A DNA stretch of 64,000 bases from an uncultured Verrucomicrobiae bacterium (lineage in GTDB: Bacteria > Verrucomicrobiota > Verrucomicrobiia > Opitutales > JABDGR01): the NCBI GenBank assembly GCA_963765205.1, contig CAVXVB010000009.1:288001-352000 (forward strand), given 5' to 3'. How positions within the stretch are numbered: position 1 is the first letter of the stretch; each line of letters begins with the position of its first letter. Shown here in pieces: positions 62,472-64,000 of this stretch. The position numbers and the translations under genes were made by a program. Under the pieces are notes generated by a model that was not told where the DNA came from, did no database searches, and saw only the letters and a program-made list of their open reading frames with translations.

Positions 62472-63398
62472 ATGGATTCAACCCAATCCGAACCAATTGT
62501 CTGGCGCATTCAATTAAAACCCGGGAACCGGAACCAGGGTGTCAATGTCGCCGCATTCTGTGCAGCAAATAGAATCATTGGGATAGGCTGGGGAATTGAC
62601 GAACCAATCGCGGATTGGGAGGATTATTTCAAAAAATACATGGTCCATAATCCAGCTGTGGCAATTGGAACGCCAGGGCACACTCGTTGGCGCACCAACA
62701 CTCACCGGTTAATCGTGCAGATGCGCGAAAATGACCTTGTGTGGTTTAGGGACATGCTAGCTCCTGCATATTATCTGGGTCGAATCATAGGCCCTTGGAT
62801 TTGTCGCAATGATCTTGAGGCAAAACGGTTCGACATACGATTAGTGCGTCCAGTAGAAGTCGTACCGGTTGGTGTTGATGTGCCCGGAAAAGTGTTAGCC
62901 GCATTTAGAGCGGCACGAACTATACAAAAGGTGGCCGACGAATCAGTTCGCGAGTTATCTAAGCTCATTTTTAACGAACGGTGTGGCCGTAAAGTTTACT
63001 CATTATCGCACATGGAAGTGGACATTTTTCAGCTATTGGATGACCGAGAAACGGAAGATTTAGTTGCCATTTACCTTCAGTTCGAGCGTGGGTACATCTT
63101 TAGCCCAACGTCCCGCTATCAGGATAATCCCACATTTGAGTTCTTTGTCGTTAAACGTGACTCGAAAGAATGGGCTGGAGTTCAAGTAAAGACTGGAAAT
63201 ATCCGTCTCAAGCCCGCCGCTTACAAACGTGAAAAACTCAAAGTTTTTCTCTTTAGTCCCGCTGGGTACGATGGCGAACCGTCGTGTGGTGTTGAATGCC
63301 TTGAGGCCAATGTTCTGCGCCGATTCTTGTATGACAACGCGGAATTATTCGCACCTACCTTACGTGATCGAATTGCTGTAGTACAACGCCGTGCTTAA
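62472..63398 (+). CDS. putative Mrr-like PD-(D/E)xK endonuclease with N-terminal EVE/PUA-like domain, low GC
   Basis: IIGIGW..MRENDLVW..YYLGRI N-terminal domain; ETEDLVAIYLQ..FEF..VQVKTG nuclease-like motif. Confidence 0.6.
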   Translation: MDSTQSEPIVWRIQLKPGNRNQGVNVAAFCAANRIIGIGWGIDEPIADWEDYFKKYMVHNPAVAIGTPGHTRWRTNTHRLIVQMRENDLVWFRDMLAPAYYLGRIIGPWICRNDLEAKRFDIRLVRPVEVVPVGVDVPGKVLAAFRAARTIQKVADESVRELSKLIFNERCGRKVYSLSHMEVDIFQLLDDRETEDLVAIYLQFERGYIFSPTSRYQDNPTFEFFVVKRDSKEWAGVQVKTGNIRLKPAAYKREKLKVFLFSPAGYDGEPSCGVECLEANVLRRFLYDNAELFAPTLRDRIAVVQRRA

Positions 63399-64000
63399 AA
63401 TATTGTCTTTCAGTTTCTGCTTTCTAAAGTAAATTGCGCAGTTTAACAACAATTCCCCTGATAAACATTCTCATCAGTTATGTTGGCGCGAAGATATATC
63501 GAGGGTTTTTTAAGGATGGATATCTTAAATATATGTCGGAATATTTAAATGAAGACACATGGAAAGAATCTTTTGAAACGTATTATTAAACATGGCCCCA
63601 CCAGAATCCGAGTCGTGGACTGGAATTTTAACCGTTGCCCCTTGGTTCGACTAATTGGTCCAGAAGGTGTGAAGGTTGTCCGGCAGCGACGAGTCGCCAT
63701 CGAAACGAGGAGCAGGCCATCTGCTTCCGATTGGGCGGGTGGTGTCCAAGCGGGGGCCGGGCATTCATCCATCTCGCGCATTTCCGGCTGGGACCTCAGG
63801 CCGCGCGGCCCGAGCGCTACCGCCGCTACGGAGCGCCTCATTCCTGGGCGAGCAAGCTTGCGAGTCCGCCTTATCTGCCTCTGGCCCGAAATATGTAACC
63901 CGTCGTTGTAACCTGGTGCCTAAAAATGGGCTGATTTTGGCGGACTGGTGCGGAGTCAAATCGAAGGCAGGATTTCCACAAGTGCCTCTATTTCATATTC

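Noticed and set aside
63400..64000. ORFs 63549-63911 and 63545-63841, or a retron/group II intron RNA
   Set aside because: No recognisable protein motifs, no reverse transcriptase in the window and no convincing RNA signature; downstream sequence is needed.

Overview
GC-rich bacterial DNA whose gene repertoire (ECF sigma factor with a W-x-x-x-DP-x-AA repeat extension, TPR membrane glycosyltransferase, DUF5069) suggests Verrucomicrobiota, probably Opitutales-like; this is an inference. From 1 to 36.7 kb it is mostly core genome: ABC transporter, dapB, ruvA, glgC, glmS, rRNA methyltransferase, pilT, an IS5-disrupted ECF sigma/repeat protein and its paralog, two tandem iorAB-type molybdoenzyme pairs with mocA and moaA, a YafQ-type TA module and an LPS glycosyltransferase cluster. 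A tRNA-Ser(GCT) at 36.65 kb is followed by a ~2 kb integrase-less island remnant (degenerate att, 59-nt tandem repeat, terminators, DUF433/DUF5615 TA). A ~20 kb stress-type accessory region follows: two LpxR-like genes, marC, hsp20, DUF5069, GH105, a PAS-HK/RR/hybrid HK/NarL phosphorelay, two PRC-BON genes (one IS5-disrupted), DUF3185, DUF1328 and katG. The right end is a mosaic with a MITE and an Mrr-like nuclease. The most notable unannotated signal is a promoter architecture shared by four transcription units around the phosphorelay: a 15-bp TAGGGAWWWTCCCTA-like palindrome starting exactly 38 nt before TTTACG-N16/17-TAnnnT, with a fifth variant site. It points to a self-contained, probably redox-sensing, NarL-type general stress regulon. 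Several single-base frameshifts may be assembly errors.
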